From positions 1 through 64,000 of the IMG/VR virus record IMGVR_UViG_3300042261_001312: DNA of 64,000 nucleotides. The stretch is one strand, 5' to 3'. Positions 17,913 to 28,307 of the stretch are shown here, piece after piece (within the stretch, counting starts at the first letter, position 1; each line of letters begins with the position of its first letter). A program made the translations under genes and the position numbers. The notes under the pieces are model-generated. The model had not been told where the DNA came from. It did no database searches and saw only the letters and a list, made by a program, of their open reading frames with translations.

Positions 17913-19184
17913 TTATAGTGTATATGGATTATATTTTTTATCCACAACTCCTTTTACATCGTAGATGATTGAGTTGGGTAATTTGAGATAATTATATTCA
18001 TATGTTTTGAATTGATTGTGAGCAACTGCCAAAATGATTGCGTCATAATATTTTTCGTTTTTTATTATGAGGTCAATTCCATACTCTTTTTTTACCTCAT
18101 CTTTATTTGCCCAAGGATCATAAATATCAACATGGGTGTTATATGATAACAATTCATGGTAGATATCAACTACTCTTGTGTTTCGAATATCGGTACAATT
18201 TTCTTTGAAAGTAATTCCAAGAATTAAAATTTTGGCATTATCGATTCTAATATGATTCTTTGCCATTACTTTAATTACTTCACCAGCAATATATTTTCCC
18301 ATATTTGAATTAATTCTACGGGCAGTTAGTATTAATTCTGGATTATAGCCATAATCCATTGCTTTTTGGGCAAGATAATACGGGTCTACCCCAATACAGT
18401 GACCGCCAACCAAACCTGCTTTAAATGGCAGGAAATTCCATTTAGAACCTGCTGCTTCCAATACATCATTGGTGTTGATATCCATTAAATGGAAAATCAT
18501 TGCAAATTCATTAACGATGGCGATATTAATATCTCTTTGAGTATTTTCGATTATCTTGGCTGCTTCTGCAACTTTAATTGAAGATGCTTTGAATGTTCCG
18601 TTAAGCAGAACTGAATTATATACGTTATCGATTACAGTTGCAACTTCTGGTGTTGAACCAGAGGTTATTTTTTTGATTTTATCAATGGTATGTATCTTAT
18701 CGCTTGGATTTACACGTTCTGGTGAATACCCGACAAAAAAGTCCTGATTATATTTTAATCCAGACACACGTTCGAGCATTGGTACACATTCTTCTTCCGT
18801 TGCTGTTGGATAGACAGTTGATTCGTAAACGACAATATCTCCTTTTGAGATTACCTGACCGACAGAGTGTGAAGCCATTAATAATGGTCGCATATCAGGA
18901 CAGTTATGTTTATCTACGGGAGTTGGGACAGTGATGATATAAAAATTACAGTCTTCGATATCGTATAAACTGTCTGAGCAATACAAACCGACATTATCAT
19001 TGTTTGATGGTTTGAGAACTTGTTTTAATAGGTTTTCATCTACTTCTAAAGTTCTGTCGATTCCCGAATTGAGTTCATCTATTCTTTCTTTATTAATATC
19101 GACACCGACCACAGAATATTTTGTGGCAAATAGTCTGGCTAATGGCAACCCAACGTAGCCAAGTCCAATAACTGCAATCTTCAT
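17913..19184 (-). CDS. UDP-N-acetyl-hexosamine 6-dehydrogenase (WbpO/TviB/WecC family)
   Basis: GLGYVG Rossmann motif, ESTVYP, YSPER, KIIENTQRDINIA, GGHCIGVDP. Confidence 0.92.
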   Translation of the reverse strand: MKIAVIGLGYVGLPLARLFATKYSVVGVDINKERIDELNSGIDRTLEVDENLLKQVLKPSNNDNVGLYCSDSLYDIEDCNFYIITVPTPVDKHNCPDMRPLLMASHSVGQVISKGDIVVYESTVYPTATEEECVPMLERVSGLKYNQDFFVGYSPERVNPSDKIHTIDKIKKITSGSTPEVATVIDNVYNSVLLNGTFKASSIKVAEAAKIIENTQRDINIAIVNEFAMIFHLMDINTNDVLEAAGSKWNFLPFKAGLVGGHCIGVDPYYLAQKAMDYGYNPELILTARRINSNMGKYIAGEVIKVMAKNHIRIDNAKILILGITFKENCTDIRNTRVVDIYHELLSYNTHVDIYDPWANKDEVKKEYGIDLIIKNEKYYDAIILAVAHNQFKTYEYNYLKLPNSIIYDVKGVVDKKYNPYTL

Positions 19185-19187
19185 GTT

Positions 19188-19367
19188 TTAGTGGTTTACT
19201 TTATGTTTGCGAATATTTTCAATGAGATTTCTGTTTTCTTTCATGAACTTGAGGTTCTCACTGATTAAATGGCTATTTTTACTTATGTTTCTTCTGTTCA
19301 ATTGGATTTGTACAATTGCAATTATTAAAACAACGATATTGACAATTGTTAGTATTGTGATTCCCAT
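19188..19367 (-). CDS. Small protein with N-terminal TM helix (59 aa)
   Basis: Hand-translated MGITILTIVNIVVLIIAIVQ... Confidence 0.55.
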   Translation of the reverse strand: MGITILTIVNIVVLIIAIVQIQLNRRNISKNSHLISENLKFMKENRNLIENIRKHKVNH

Positions 19368-19400
19368 GATAAATTTTTTCGTAAATCTACAAATAAAATT

Positions 19401-20300
19401 TTATTTCTCCAATTGTTTTTCCAATATTTTTGCCATTTCGTGTAATTTACGAACAACAGAATTTTCGTAGAGTTTTCCAACAATTGTATTTCCGTGCATT
19501 TCTTCAATCATTGATTCTCCATACATTTCCATTACTTTTGATTCTTCGTTCATGTAATTAATTCTTGACTTATCGAACATTTTTTCAACAACGGTATAAT
19601 TCCACATTTCTTCAATTACTGAATAACCGTGCATTTCATCTACTTTAGACATATGGTTTAATTTATCTGCTTGAGACATGTTATACATATCTTCGATATT
19701 TGCATCGCCTTTGAGTATAGCAATGCGTGAATGGTTAAACATTTCCAATACTTTTGTTCTTCCCATCATTTTCATGATTTTGGAATAATCAAACATTTTC
19801 TTAACGATTGCAAAACCAGTCATTTTATTAACTTTTGTACTGTCGTGCATTTCATTGATGATAGTATCATCTGTCATATAATTTATTTCGGAATTGTTAT
19901 CAAAAATTTTCACTTTTGATTTATCATACATTGCGAATATAAGAGAATTTTTTACTTCATCAATAACTGCATTTCCACATAAGATTGCGCCTTCATGCAA
20001 GAGGATTTTTTTGCGTCCTTTTATAATCATTGATTTTATAATATCATTTAATTTATTTACAATATCAATTTTAAATTGACCAGTAAACCATTCAGGCACA
20101 TAAATTTCGTCTATATGTAAATCATATTTTTCCAATTCATCTAATCTTCCTTGGGGCATGTATGTTGCTTTGAAATATGATTTTGTCTTCTCTTCATCGT
20201 ATGATATGTATTTTGATACTAAATCTGTATGGAATTTTGCAAAAACATTATGCACAATTTCGCCATTTTTCTTGATTAATATTAAGTAAAAATTTTCCAT
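19401..20300 (-). CDS. Met-rich 11-aa repeat (beta-helix-like) protein
   Basis: MxDxSxIxxMx periodicity across the C-terminal half. Confidence 0.7.
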   Translation of the reverse strand: MENFYLILIKKNGEIVHNVFAKFHTDLVSKYISYDEEKTKSYFKATYMPQGRLDELEKYDLHIDEIYVPEWFTGQFKIDIVNKLNDIIKSMIIKGRKKILLHEGAILCGNAVIDEVKNSLIFAMYDKSKVKIFDNNSEINYMTDDTIINEMHDSTKVNKMTGFAIVKKMFDYSKIMKMMGRTKVLEMFNHSRIAILKGDANIEDMYNMSQADKLNHMSKVDEMHGYSVIEEMWNYTVVEKMFDKSRINYMNEESKVMEMYGESMIEEMHGNTIVGKLYENSVVRKLHEMAKILEKQLEK

Positions 20301-20423
20301 TTTTATATTGTTAACTAAGAATAAATACTATAAAATTTTTTTTAAATAAGTTGAATTTTTGACCAAACTATTGCAATTTGGATTATAATATATTATATTT
20401 GGATTATAAAATTTGTACTGAAT

Positions 20424-20738
20424 ATGTCAGATAAAAATATGCGTGTAATTGAATCTGCTGTTACACAGAACTACGGAACAAAAGAGGATATTCTCTTATA
20501 TGAAGAATTGTTATTATCGCTTGAACTAATGGAAGATAAGCGATTTAATCTTATTGAAAGCAGTATTGACAAAGGAATTAATTTCGGCATATCCACACCC
20601 TATCCACATGGATTGCCTGTAGAAATTGGAACATTATTTTTCAATGCTGATATGAATTATGATGTCAAGATAAAAGAAACATCAAAATGTGTGTATAATG
20701 TTGAAAGATATTTTGAAATAAAAATTAAGAAAGATTAA
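20424..20738 (+). CDS. Hypothetical protein
   Basis: Open frame converging on the next gene. Confidence 0.55.
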   Translation: MSDKNMRVIESAVTQNYGTKEDILLYEELLLSLELMEDKRFNLIESSIDKGINFGISTPYPHGLPVEIGTLFFNADMNYDVKIKETSKCVYNVERYFEIKIKKD

Positions 20739-21198
20739 ATAGGTTTTCAATTTCTTCCTGAATAATATTTTCAAGTCTCATTTTTTTCCTTATTTGTTCG
20801 ATTTGTTCAGGTGTAATTCCTGCTTTCTCAACTGCTTCTTTATTCACGTCGGTGAAATCACGAACAAATGATCCTGATTTAAAATATAACAATCTGTCCA
20901 ATCTCACACTGATTGGAGCACCCATCACTGGTCTTCCTGTTTCTGGATTTATAATTGGTTGATAATCTGCACCAAGTTTGGGTTTGTTATTGTCGAAAAT
21001 TGTGATAATATTAGCATCTTCTCTATTCCATTTACCTCTTGGACTATCGCTGGTTGATCCAGCATATATTATTTTTTTTCCGTTGGCGTATCTAATGGAA
21101 TTATCTGCTTTGATGAATGTGACTGAATGAAATTTACCACTGTTGATGATATCTTTCATTTCCTGAACTTCTTCTGGATGGGTTGCAAATAATAACAT
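20725..21198 (-). CDS. Hypothetical protein
   Basis: GTATTTAT motif 17 nt upstream. Confidence 0.7.
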   Translation of the reverse strand: MLLFATHPEEVQEMKDIINSGKFHSVTFIKADNSIRYANGKKIIYAGSTSDSPRGKWNREDANIITIFDNNKPKLGADYQPIINPETGRPVMGAPISVRLDRLLYFKSGSFVRDFTDVNKEAVEKAGITPEQIEQIRKKMRLENIIQEEIENLFNLS

Positions 21199-21238
21199 AT
21201 TTATAATCTTTTGTTATAAATACTGTGTAGAAGTTCTT

Positions 21239-21412
21239 CTAGTCTACGTATCCAATTATTTTCAAACTATCTGAGTCACAAAGCATTTTAACGTCTTTGC
21301 CATCAACTTCAATGTGTACGACAGTTTTTTTATTTATTTTATTTTCTTTGTGGTATGTTCTACCTTTCTTACCTGTTTTTGTTTCAACAAGATATCCTGA
21401 ATCTTTGCTCAT
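21239..21412 (-). CDS. Small hypothetical protein (57 aa, MSKDSGYLVETKTGKKGRTYH...)
   Basis: Hand-translated; overlaps upstream stop. Confidence 0.6.
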   Translation of the reverse strand: MSKDSGYLVETKTGKKGRTYHKENKINKKTVVHIEVDGKDVKMLCDSDSLKIIGYVD

Positions 21413-21597
21413 AATTTTCTCTCCTGTCTTCTACCTAGAACCATTGTTATTAGAATTTCATCTACCAAATTGAAGAGCATTCTTTCATTATAATAGATGA
21501 TATCCCATCCATCAATAACTAAGTCATCAAAAAATTTCTGAGTTTCGCTTTCTTTTACTATTTTGGTAATTCTTTTATATTTGATATATGCTTCCAT
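21409..21597 (-). CDS. Small hypothetical protein
   Basis: TATATTTG box at 21616-21623 upstream. Confidence 0.6.
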   Translation of the reverse strand: MEAYIKYKRITKIVKESETQKFFDDLVIDGWDIIYYNERMLFNLVDEILITMVLGRRQERKL

Positions 21598-21695
21598 ATG
21601 AAATTAATTAATCAACAAATATATAAAAACTTAACGATATTATCAAGAGTTTTAGTATTTATAATAAAAATTAGATTGATTTAAATTTTACCATT

Positions 21696-21860
21696 ATGAG
21701 TAAAGAACGAGACATTGAGATTCTAACCTTCAAAATTGTAGAGATCAAAAAGAAAATCGAGAATTTTAAAAAGTATGGAATTTCCGAAAAGAAAATAAAA
21801 GATTTGGAAATTATGCAAATGAGGTATGAAGACCAACTGGCTGAAATAGAATTAGGATAA
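21696..21860 (+). CDS. Small coiled-coil protein (54 aa)
   Basis: Hand-translated MSKERDIEIL... Confidence 0.55.
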   Translation: MSKERDIEILTFKIVEIKKKIENFKKYGISEKKIKDLEIMQMRYEDQLAEIELG

Positions 21861-21874
21861 AGAAAAAAGGTGGT

Positions 21875-22291
21875 TTAAATACCACCTTTTTTTGTCATAT
21901 GATTAATAAACATACTAACACAATTACTTTCTCTGGCATAATCATCAACGAACATTACAATACTATTCAAATAACTCTGAAATGCTTCTGAATTGATGTA
22001 GACATAGAATTCGTCGATGATTCTATATATGTCAGATTCATTATTGATTTTATCAAATAATTTTTTAATAACCACAATTGCCCAAGCCTTCCAACTTGAA
22101 TTTGCATCATTATATTGTCGATTGACATAATTGACAGCAATATCGAAAGTAACCGCAAATTGTGGAATGTATTGTTTTTGTTCAATCACTTCCAGAAGTG
22201 ATGCGTATTTTTGTATTAATATATTTACTTCTTCAACTGTTTTATTTGTTAAATCTATCATATGCACTTTTCGAGATTTGGCAAATCTCAA
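21875..22291 (-). CDS. Hypothetical protein
   Basis: Open frame; true start probably MIDLTNK. Confidence 0.6.
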   Translation of the reverse strand: MRFAKSRKVHMIDLTNKTVEEVNILIQKYASLLEVIEQKQYIPQFAVTFDIAVNYVNRQYNDANSSWKAWAIVVIKKLFDKINNESDIYRIIDEFYVYINSEAFQSYLNSIVMFVDDYARESNCVSMFINHMTKKGGI

Positions 22292-23309
22292 CTTTACCTA
22301 TAAACTCATCTAATGTTTCAGCATTGGCATAACTCATTGCATTTCTAAGATAGTGTTCGAAATTTTCAACCCATCCTTCCAGACGATATTCAACTTTTCT
22401 AAATCTCACAACACCTTCTGATGTTTTAAATGTGTTTTTTCCCATTGCCTTTTGTGCTCCTTTGGTACTCATACCTCTGAAGTACTTTTTGATTGGAAAT
22501 CCTTTATCGAATAAATATCCAGCCAATTTTCTATTAATCTTTATTCCATATAAATAATTGTCTGCACAACTTTCAAGTGATTTGTTAAATATTGACCCAA
22601 CCATCACATAATCAGCACCTAATGCCAATGCTTTGATAATGTCTGAATAGTCTTTCATACCACCGTCAGCAACAATTGCGGGAACTTTTTGACTAATGAA
22701 TTTTTGTTTCTCCAAATATACTTCATGAATTAATGAAGCCATTGGATGACCAACTCCTGATTGTTTTGTTGTTAAGCATCCACCGCCGTTGCCAATACCT
22801 ACACGGATATAATCAACGCAATCTTGTTCAGCATACCAAGTATATGTTTGAGGATTGGCGATATTTCCCACCATGATTTTGATATCTGGTCGAATGTTTT
22901 TTATTTTATTTGCATATTCAACAATTTTCTTCATATGACCGTTTGCAACATCAATCAAAATATGTGTGTTTGGTTGAAAATGCTGTAATTTTTCATATTT
23001 AATATGATAATCTACTTCTTCAAAACCTAAACTTATAAAAATACTCTCAAAGACCGCACGATTATAATAATAATTGCTACTATATTTTAGATAGTCTGGA
23101 TATTTTACAGTTCTTGGTAATGTGACATTAATTTTATTTTCTAAAAAAAAGTCAAAATTATCAAGATTCACAACGGTGTCCATTGGTGCAGTAAAAAGAG
23201 GTAATCTATCTGGTAGGATAACGTCTTTATATCTACTGGTAATATCACTTGAAACTGATGGCATAATTAATATGTCATCAAAGTCGAATTTTGTATTTGA
23301 AATATTCAT
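22242..23309 (-). CDS. guaC: GMP reductase / IMP dehydrogenase family protein
   Basis: FDDILIMP, APMDTV, IDVANGH, RVGIGNGGGCLT, ADGG, GADYVMVG, FRGM, SEG. Confidence 0.8.
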   Translation of the reverse strand: MNISNTKFDFDDILIMPSVSSDITSRYKDVILPDRLPLFTAPMDTVVNLDNFDFFLENKINVTLPRTVKYPDYLKYSSNYYYNRAVFESIFISLGFEEVDYHIKYEKLQHFQPNTHILIDVANGHMKKIVEYANKIKNIRPDIKIMVGNIANPQTYTWYAEQDCVDYIRVGIGNGGGCLTTKQSGVGHPMASLIHEVYLEKQKFISQKVPAIVADGGMKDYSDIIKALALGADYVMVGSIFNKSLESCADNYLYGIKINRKLAGYLFDKGFPIKKYFRGMSTKGAQKAMGKNTFKTSEGVVRFRKVEYRLEGWVENFEHYLRNAMSYANAETLDEFIGKVEICQISKSAYDRFNK

Positions 23310-23487
23310 ATTTTTTTAAATTGAAAAAGTGTGTGTTTGCAACTAATTACATATCGAAAATTGAGTTTTAAGTCTTGATTCTTAAATCTTTAAGCCATGA
23401 ATTCAGGATTCTTGAACATTCAAATCTCTATCATTTTATCCATAGCGGAAATGATATAAATTAATTGTCAAACAGCACACTTCTATG

Positions 23488-23940
23488 TTATTCCGCTGTG
23501 TCCCAAGGGATGTCAGTGGTATAATTATATGTGTCGATTTCTTCTTGAAGTGCATCGACTTTCTTTTGATATTCTTTGACGATTTCATTGCGTCTTTTTT
23601 CGTCAATTTGTACCTTATATTCACGTACATTATCTGAGTATCCAATTGTTTGTGAACCTTCAACCACGCTCACTTCATTCCAAAATGCGATAAGTGCTTT
23701 ATATTCAGAAAGAACATAAATTTTTGATTGAATCTCCCTATTGGCTTCATTGATTACGAATTTCAATCCAACGAGTTGATCAATTTTTTCTTGGAGTTCT
23801 TCATATAGTTTATTTACATCGAATTTTTCGCCATTCAATGAACCAACTAAATATGAATTCTTTTCTTTGATTTGTTGTTTTAGTTTGGTGATTTCTCCAA
23901 CTAAATTTTTTCTTAATTTAAGTGCTTTATACAATTTCAT
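23488..23940 (-). CDS. Conserved coiled-coil protein (MKLxKALKLRKNL...EIDTYNYTT)
   Basis: Recognisable conserved hypothetical pattern. Confidence 0.65.
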   Translation of the reverse strand: MKLYKALKLRKNLVGEITKLKQQIKEKNSYLVGSLNGEKFDVNKLYEELQEKIDQLVGLKFVINEANREIQSKIYVLSEYKALIAFWNEVSVVEGSQTIGYSDNVREYKVQIDEKRRNEIVKEYQKKVDALQEEIDTYNYTTDIPWDTAE

Positions 23941-23991
23941 ATTGATAAATTTTAGTTTACAATATTAGTAATTTTTTTCAAATAATGCAAG

Positions 23992-24864
23992 TTATATTTT
24001 GGTTTTTATTCTAAAATCAACAGACCATCCATATGGCATGAATTGGGGTTGCATGGTATCGATGAAATGATTTCTCCAGAGTTTCACAAATTCTTTAATT
24101 TTTTCTTCAGTGTCTAGTTTTTGTATAACATAATATCCATGCTCATACAAATGCCTAGAATCTTTCTTAAATTGTTGAACGTCTGAAATATGTTGTTTTT
24201 TCAATAACTGATATAATTTATACATTTGAATATAATTTAAATTCGCTAATTCGTCAAATGATAAATTGCTATTATCTGCAATGAATTGAAGTTTTTCACA
24301 TTTAACTTCTTCTGGCATTTTATTATAGTTCTTGAATAATGAATGCATTACATTCAATAAAACCGAATTATCTTTACCGTTTTCCCGAAGTTTGCTAGTG
24401 TATTCAACATTCAATTCATCAATTGATTTAACGCCGTAAATTCTAGCAATTTCATCTTTATAACAATTAGCCATTTGCTCATATTCGGCATGTTTTTTAT
24501 CGTTAATTAAAACAACGTCATGATGATTTTTTGATTTATATTGCTCTGGAAAATATGTTCTATAGCAATATGGTACAATATGATGGCGTTGCAAGTCGTG
24601 TTCAACACCACTTACAACGCATCTTGCTTCACGACTTCCACGACCAAAATCCTCATTATCTTCAAATCCGTTTCCTTTTGGATCAAATAAAAATTTAATT
24701 TGTCTATCACCAATAATTTCAGCCAAATTTTTGGTGAGATACCAGTAAGCCTTTTTTTCACCACACGTAAACATATGTCTACCATTTGGATGATAAACTT
24801 TCCAATTCTCTGAATTTAAATTCTTACTACCTACTTTTAGTATATTATTATTTAAATTAGCCAT
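23992..24864 (-). CDS. HNH-like protein resembling the C-terminal domain of EXD2
   Basis: VYHPNGRHMFTC.EKKA.WYL, CVVSG...RHHIVPYCYR..FP..YKS.NHHDVV. Confidence 0.6.
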   Translation of the reverse strand: MANLNNNILKVGSKNLNSENWKVYHPNGRHMFTCGEKKAYWYLTKNLAEIIGDRQIKFLFDPKGNGFEDNEDFGRGSREARCVVSGVEHDLQRHHIVPYCYRTYFPEQYKSKNHHDVVLINDKKHAEYEQMANCYKDEIARIYGVKSIDELNVEYTSKLRENGKDNSVLLNVMHSLFKNYNKMPEEVKCEKLQFIADNSNLSFDELANLNYIQMYKLYQLLKKQHISDVQQFKKDSRHLYEHGYYVIQKLDTEEKIKEFVKLWRNHFIDTMQPQFMPYGWSVDFRIKTKI

Positions 24865-25855
24865 TATATACTTCAAAAAAACGATTATAGATTTGTGAAA
24901 ATGTTCCATTCAGAACAAATTCATTATAATTATCACCCAAGGCATTTTTAAATTTACCTATTGCTTCACCTAATTCTTTTCCTTTAAGATTTGGAAGCCA
25001 CTCCATTACAATATCACCATTGAATTTTTGTGAGATTATACTATTTTTCCTATCAATTTCATTTAGTTCTTCGAGTTTCTCCATCAGCATTGCTTCTGGG
25101 AAAAAACTATCTATTACATTAAGATAGGAATTTTTATCTCTGTTAAATTCATATTTTTTATCTATGTTATTGTCTTTCAAATAATTTAAGAATATATGAT
25201 ATGAATCACGTTTACGATTTCTTTTCCTATCAATATGTTTAAGATTTTCAATTTGAAACATTTCGGAATCAAAATATTTACCATTGATAGTGAATTTAAG
25301 AATATCTTCTAGAGTTTCAAAACCTTGAAGATATCTGTCATAATCATATCCACCAAATTCAAATATTTTTTTAGTATCTGTTGATATTAATATATCAGCA
25401 ACTTCATTTCCATTAAAATTCCTATACTTGTAATACAGACCTTTCCAGCCATAAGATAGATTGAATTTGTGATAGGTTTTTCCCATGATATTTCCAAGTG
25501 GGTCATATGAATAGTATATATTCGCAATTTCCCACTTGTCGGCATTTATTGGTATAATGTCTATCTGGAAATTCTTATAGTCAAAAGAAAAAACACCACC
25601 ATTGTTATAAATGGCGTTTGGCTTGAAAGTAAATTCAATATAGTTTCTCCAGTTGACGTTATAAGACTTATCACACTTTATAAGCAAATCTAAATCACCA
25701 TGATCTGCTTTAGTATGATAGCATTTAACAACTTGGCTAAACAGTCCTAAATCTAAAGATATCTTATTGTTAATTTCATTAGCAATTTGTCTGAATTCAT
25801 CGGTGTTTTTTCTTTCGGTGAAAACACCGTATTGTTTTAATGCATTTCCTCCCAT
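24857..25855 (-). CDS. Putative Pol-beta-superfamily nucleotidyltransferase
   Basis: MGGNAL start; KADHGDLDLLI (GDxD) and FQIDII motifs. Confidence 0.6.
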   Translation of the reverse strand: MGGNALKQYGVFTERKNTDEFRQIANEINNKISLDLGLFSQVVKCYHTKADHGDLDLLIKCDKSYNVNWRNYIEFTFKPNAIYNNGGVFSFDYKNFQIDIIPINADKWEIANIYYSYDPLGNIMGKTYHKFNLSYGWKGLYYKYRNFNGNEVADILISTDTKKIFEFGGYDYDRYLQGFETLEDILKFTINGKYFDSEMFQIENLKHIDRKRNRKRDSYHIFLNYLKDNNIDKKYEFNRDKNSYLNVIDSFFPEAMLMEKLEELNEIDRKNSIISQKFNGDIVMEWLPNLKGKELGEAIGKFKNALGDNYNEFVLNGTFSQIYNRFFEVYNG

Positions 25856-25908
25856 AACATATTTTTTATGCAATGATACGAAAAAGAAATGTAATATGTT
25901 ACTAAAAT

Positions 25909-26244
25909 TTAAAAAATTTTGAAGGAAATTGTATCGTCAATAATTTCAGAATCACTAATAGTCCAATTTTCAGTTTCATCTAACTCATCTAACAACATTT
26001 CAAGTTTTTGAAAATCACCTTCATATGATTCTAATAATAACTCTTCTGAACTTGGTGAATCAAATTGAAAGTCTAATAAATCGTCTTCTTCGTCATCTGT
26101 ATAAATTGTTGAAGTATAGTCGAAATTATCATTTTCTAATTCATATGACCAAGAAATGCAGTTTCCTTGTAATGTAAATTCACCTTTTATATCATCAGCA
26201 GGGAATCTATCTTGTATAATTTCATATAATTCATTAATATTCAT
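25909..26244 (-). CDS. Acidic hypothetical protein
   Basis: Open frame. Confidence 0.6.
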   Translation of the reverse strand: MNINELYEIIQDRFPADDIKGEFTLQGNCISWSYELENDNFDYTSTIYTDDEEDDLLDFQFDSPSSEELLLESYEGDFQKLEMLLDELDETENWTISDSEIIDDTISFKIF

Positions 26245-26319
26245 AAAAAATAAATTATGGGTAAAAATAATTTTACCCATAAATAGAAAATTTTTTCGAA
26301 AAAACTTTTTTTGCTATAA

Positions 26320-27201
26320 TTAAGTTCCAGATACTACACTTTTCGCATTCCAACTATAATCACTATCACTATAATAACCACTGATATTAGAAAGTGCCCT
26401 AGAACCACCTTCAACAAACCATGTTGCTAAATCAGAACGTTGGTGAACAATATTTAGCATTTTATCAATAATAACAACTTTCTTCTCTGCGTTGTTTTCT
26501 TTTGCTAATTCAAATGCAAGATTAACTAATGGGTCTGTGCCATAATCACTTAGAATATTGTGTCCTTGTGAATCAACGCTATAATATTCATAAAAATGTT
26601 CTGTTAGAATTTCCATTAAATCTTTTTTGATTGTTTGGGGATTTAAATCGTTCTCATGTTCTTCCACATAATTCTGAAATGGAATATTTCTAATATTATC
26701 AAAATTAGAATTTGGTTCAAATGGTTCTCGATATGGTTTTCTTTTATGTGGTTGTGTTGGGTCTTCAAATGGAATTTCTGTTTGGTCTACATCTGCGTAA
26801 GGTTGCGGCATAACTCTACCAATATAATCATCAACATAATAACCCCATGCTTCTTCAAAATCATAATCAGGGTCACTACTGGTATGACCAGCCAATTCTG
26901 TCATTACCTGTAATTTTAATGCATTGGAAATCATGATACTTTCAATCATATCCAGACCTTTTTCATCACGTACAACACCATGACGAATAAAATCTTCCCA
27001 AATCTTTTTCAAACGTGCTGCTGGAACAACTCGCCAAGGAATTCTTTTGGTTAATTCGGGATTATTTCTATATAAAAAATCATGTAGAATTTGGAATTTT
27101 ATATCATTTTGTTTTTCATATAAATCCCAATCAACTTCTTCACCTTCATATTCTTTTAGAAAATTAATAACTTCTTCTTTTATAATTCCAAATATTTTCA
27201 T
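26320..27201 (-). CDS. Hypothetical protein with IIKEE-type leader
   Basis: MKIFGIIKEEVINFLKEY; TATTTAT motif 17 nt upstream. Confidence 0.7.
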   Translation of the reverse strand: MKIFGIIKEEVINFLKEYEGEEVDWDLYEKQNDIKFQILHDFLYRNNPELTKRIPWRVVPAARLKKIWEDFIRHGVVRDEKGLDMIESIMISNALKLQVMTELAGHTSSDPDYDFEEAWGYYVDDYIGRVMPQPYADVDQTEIPFEDPTQPHKRKPYREPFEPNSNFDNIRNIPFQNYVEEHENDLNPQTIKKDLMEILTEHFYEYYSVDSQGHNILSDYGTDPLVNLAFELAKENNAEKKVVIIDKMLNIVHQRSDLATWFVEGGSRALSNISGYYSDSDYSWNAKSVVSGT

Positions 27202-27261
27202 TGCATGATGATTTTTACATAAATAGTTTATGGGAAATAAAAAAAGCCAGAAAATCTGGCT

Positions 27262-27903
27262 TTAAATTTCAATTAGAATCGGATCATATGTTCTTATATA
27301 ATCATCATTCAAAATTGATGCGTTGACGAATAAAGTTGGTGTTGTGTTTTCAACAACTCTAATTCCATATCCATCGTGAATATGACCATAACAATGAACA
27401 GTTGGTTTAACCCTTGTTAGTACTTCTTCACGCAATGAAGGTGAACCTACATGGTCTTTAGTCATTGGAGTATAATCACCAAATCCATATGGTGGTGAAT
27501 GTGTAATTAGAACATCCACATTATCTGGAATTGCTTCCCAATGCTGTTTTAATTTTTCTTCTGGGCGATTGAATGCCCAATTCTCAAATGGTGATTGAAC
27601 AGGTGAGCCATAAAAGTACTTTCCTTCGATTTCAATACCATTGTCTTCAAGATAGATCACATTATCAGGAACAAGACTTCTTGCCAATAGACCATTTTTT
27701 TCAAATAGCCAATCGTGATTTCCCGCAACAAAAATCTTATATTTATATTGACTCAGTTTGGAAAACCATTTCAAAAAACTAATTATTTCATGCTCATAAC
27801 CCATAGAAGTCATATCACCGCAATGGATAATTACATCAGCATTGGGTAAATTTTTAATTCGTTTATGTTTATTGTGAGTATCTGATATAATACAGAGCAG
27901 CAT
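27262..27903 (-). CDS. Metallophosphoesterase (MPPED-like)
   Basis: SDTH, HCGD, AGNHD, THSPP, GHIH. Confidence 0.9.
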   Translation of the reverse strand: MLLCIISDTHNKHKRIKNLPNADVIIHCGDMTSMGYEHEIISFLKWFSKLSQYKYKIFVAGNHDWLFEKNGLLARSLVPDNVIYLEDNGIEIEGKYFYGSPVQSPFENWAFNRPEEKLKQHWEAIPDNVDVLITHSPPYGFGDYTPMTKDHVGSPSLREEVLTRVKPTVHCYGHIHDGYGIRVVENTTPTLFVNASILNDDYIRTYDPILIEI

Positions 27904-27906
27904 GTC

Positions 27907-28260
27907 TTATTTTTTTTGATAGTTATTTGGAATGATATTCATGTTGATGAATTTTTTGAGCATTTCTTTATCATAATTGCCATATTCAATCATCATCATA
28001 TGTTGTCCATTATTTATTATAATTGTTTCATCAAGTTTTTTATTGATATCAGCATCTACTTTATCGATTTTTTTGTTAGTTTCATCGATTTTTTCTTCAA
28101 TGTTATCCAATCTATTAAAGAAATTAGATTTGACTTCTCCAACGGTAAATGCACTAACAATCAATGTTAATGAAACACCAACTATCCATTTAATAATTAA
28201 TTTCGATTTATTCGGTTTAATTTCGATTTCATCTACGATATCATCCAAGACATTACTCAT
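27907..28260 (-). CDS. Single-TM coiled-coil protein
   Basis: TM segment then heptad-like region. Confidence 0.6.
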   Translation of the reverse strand: MSNVLDDIVDEIEIKPNKSKLIIKWIVGVSLTLIVSAFTVGEVKSNFFNRLDNIEEKIDETNKKIDKVDADINKKLDETIIINNGQHMMMIEYGNYDKEMLKKFINMNIIPNNYQKK

Positions 28261-28307
28261 ATAAACATTTTCACATATCAATAAATACGTAAAAATACCT
28301 ATTTGGA

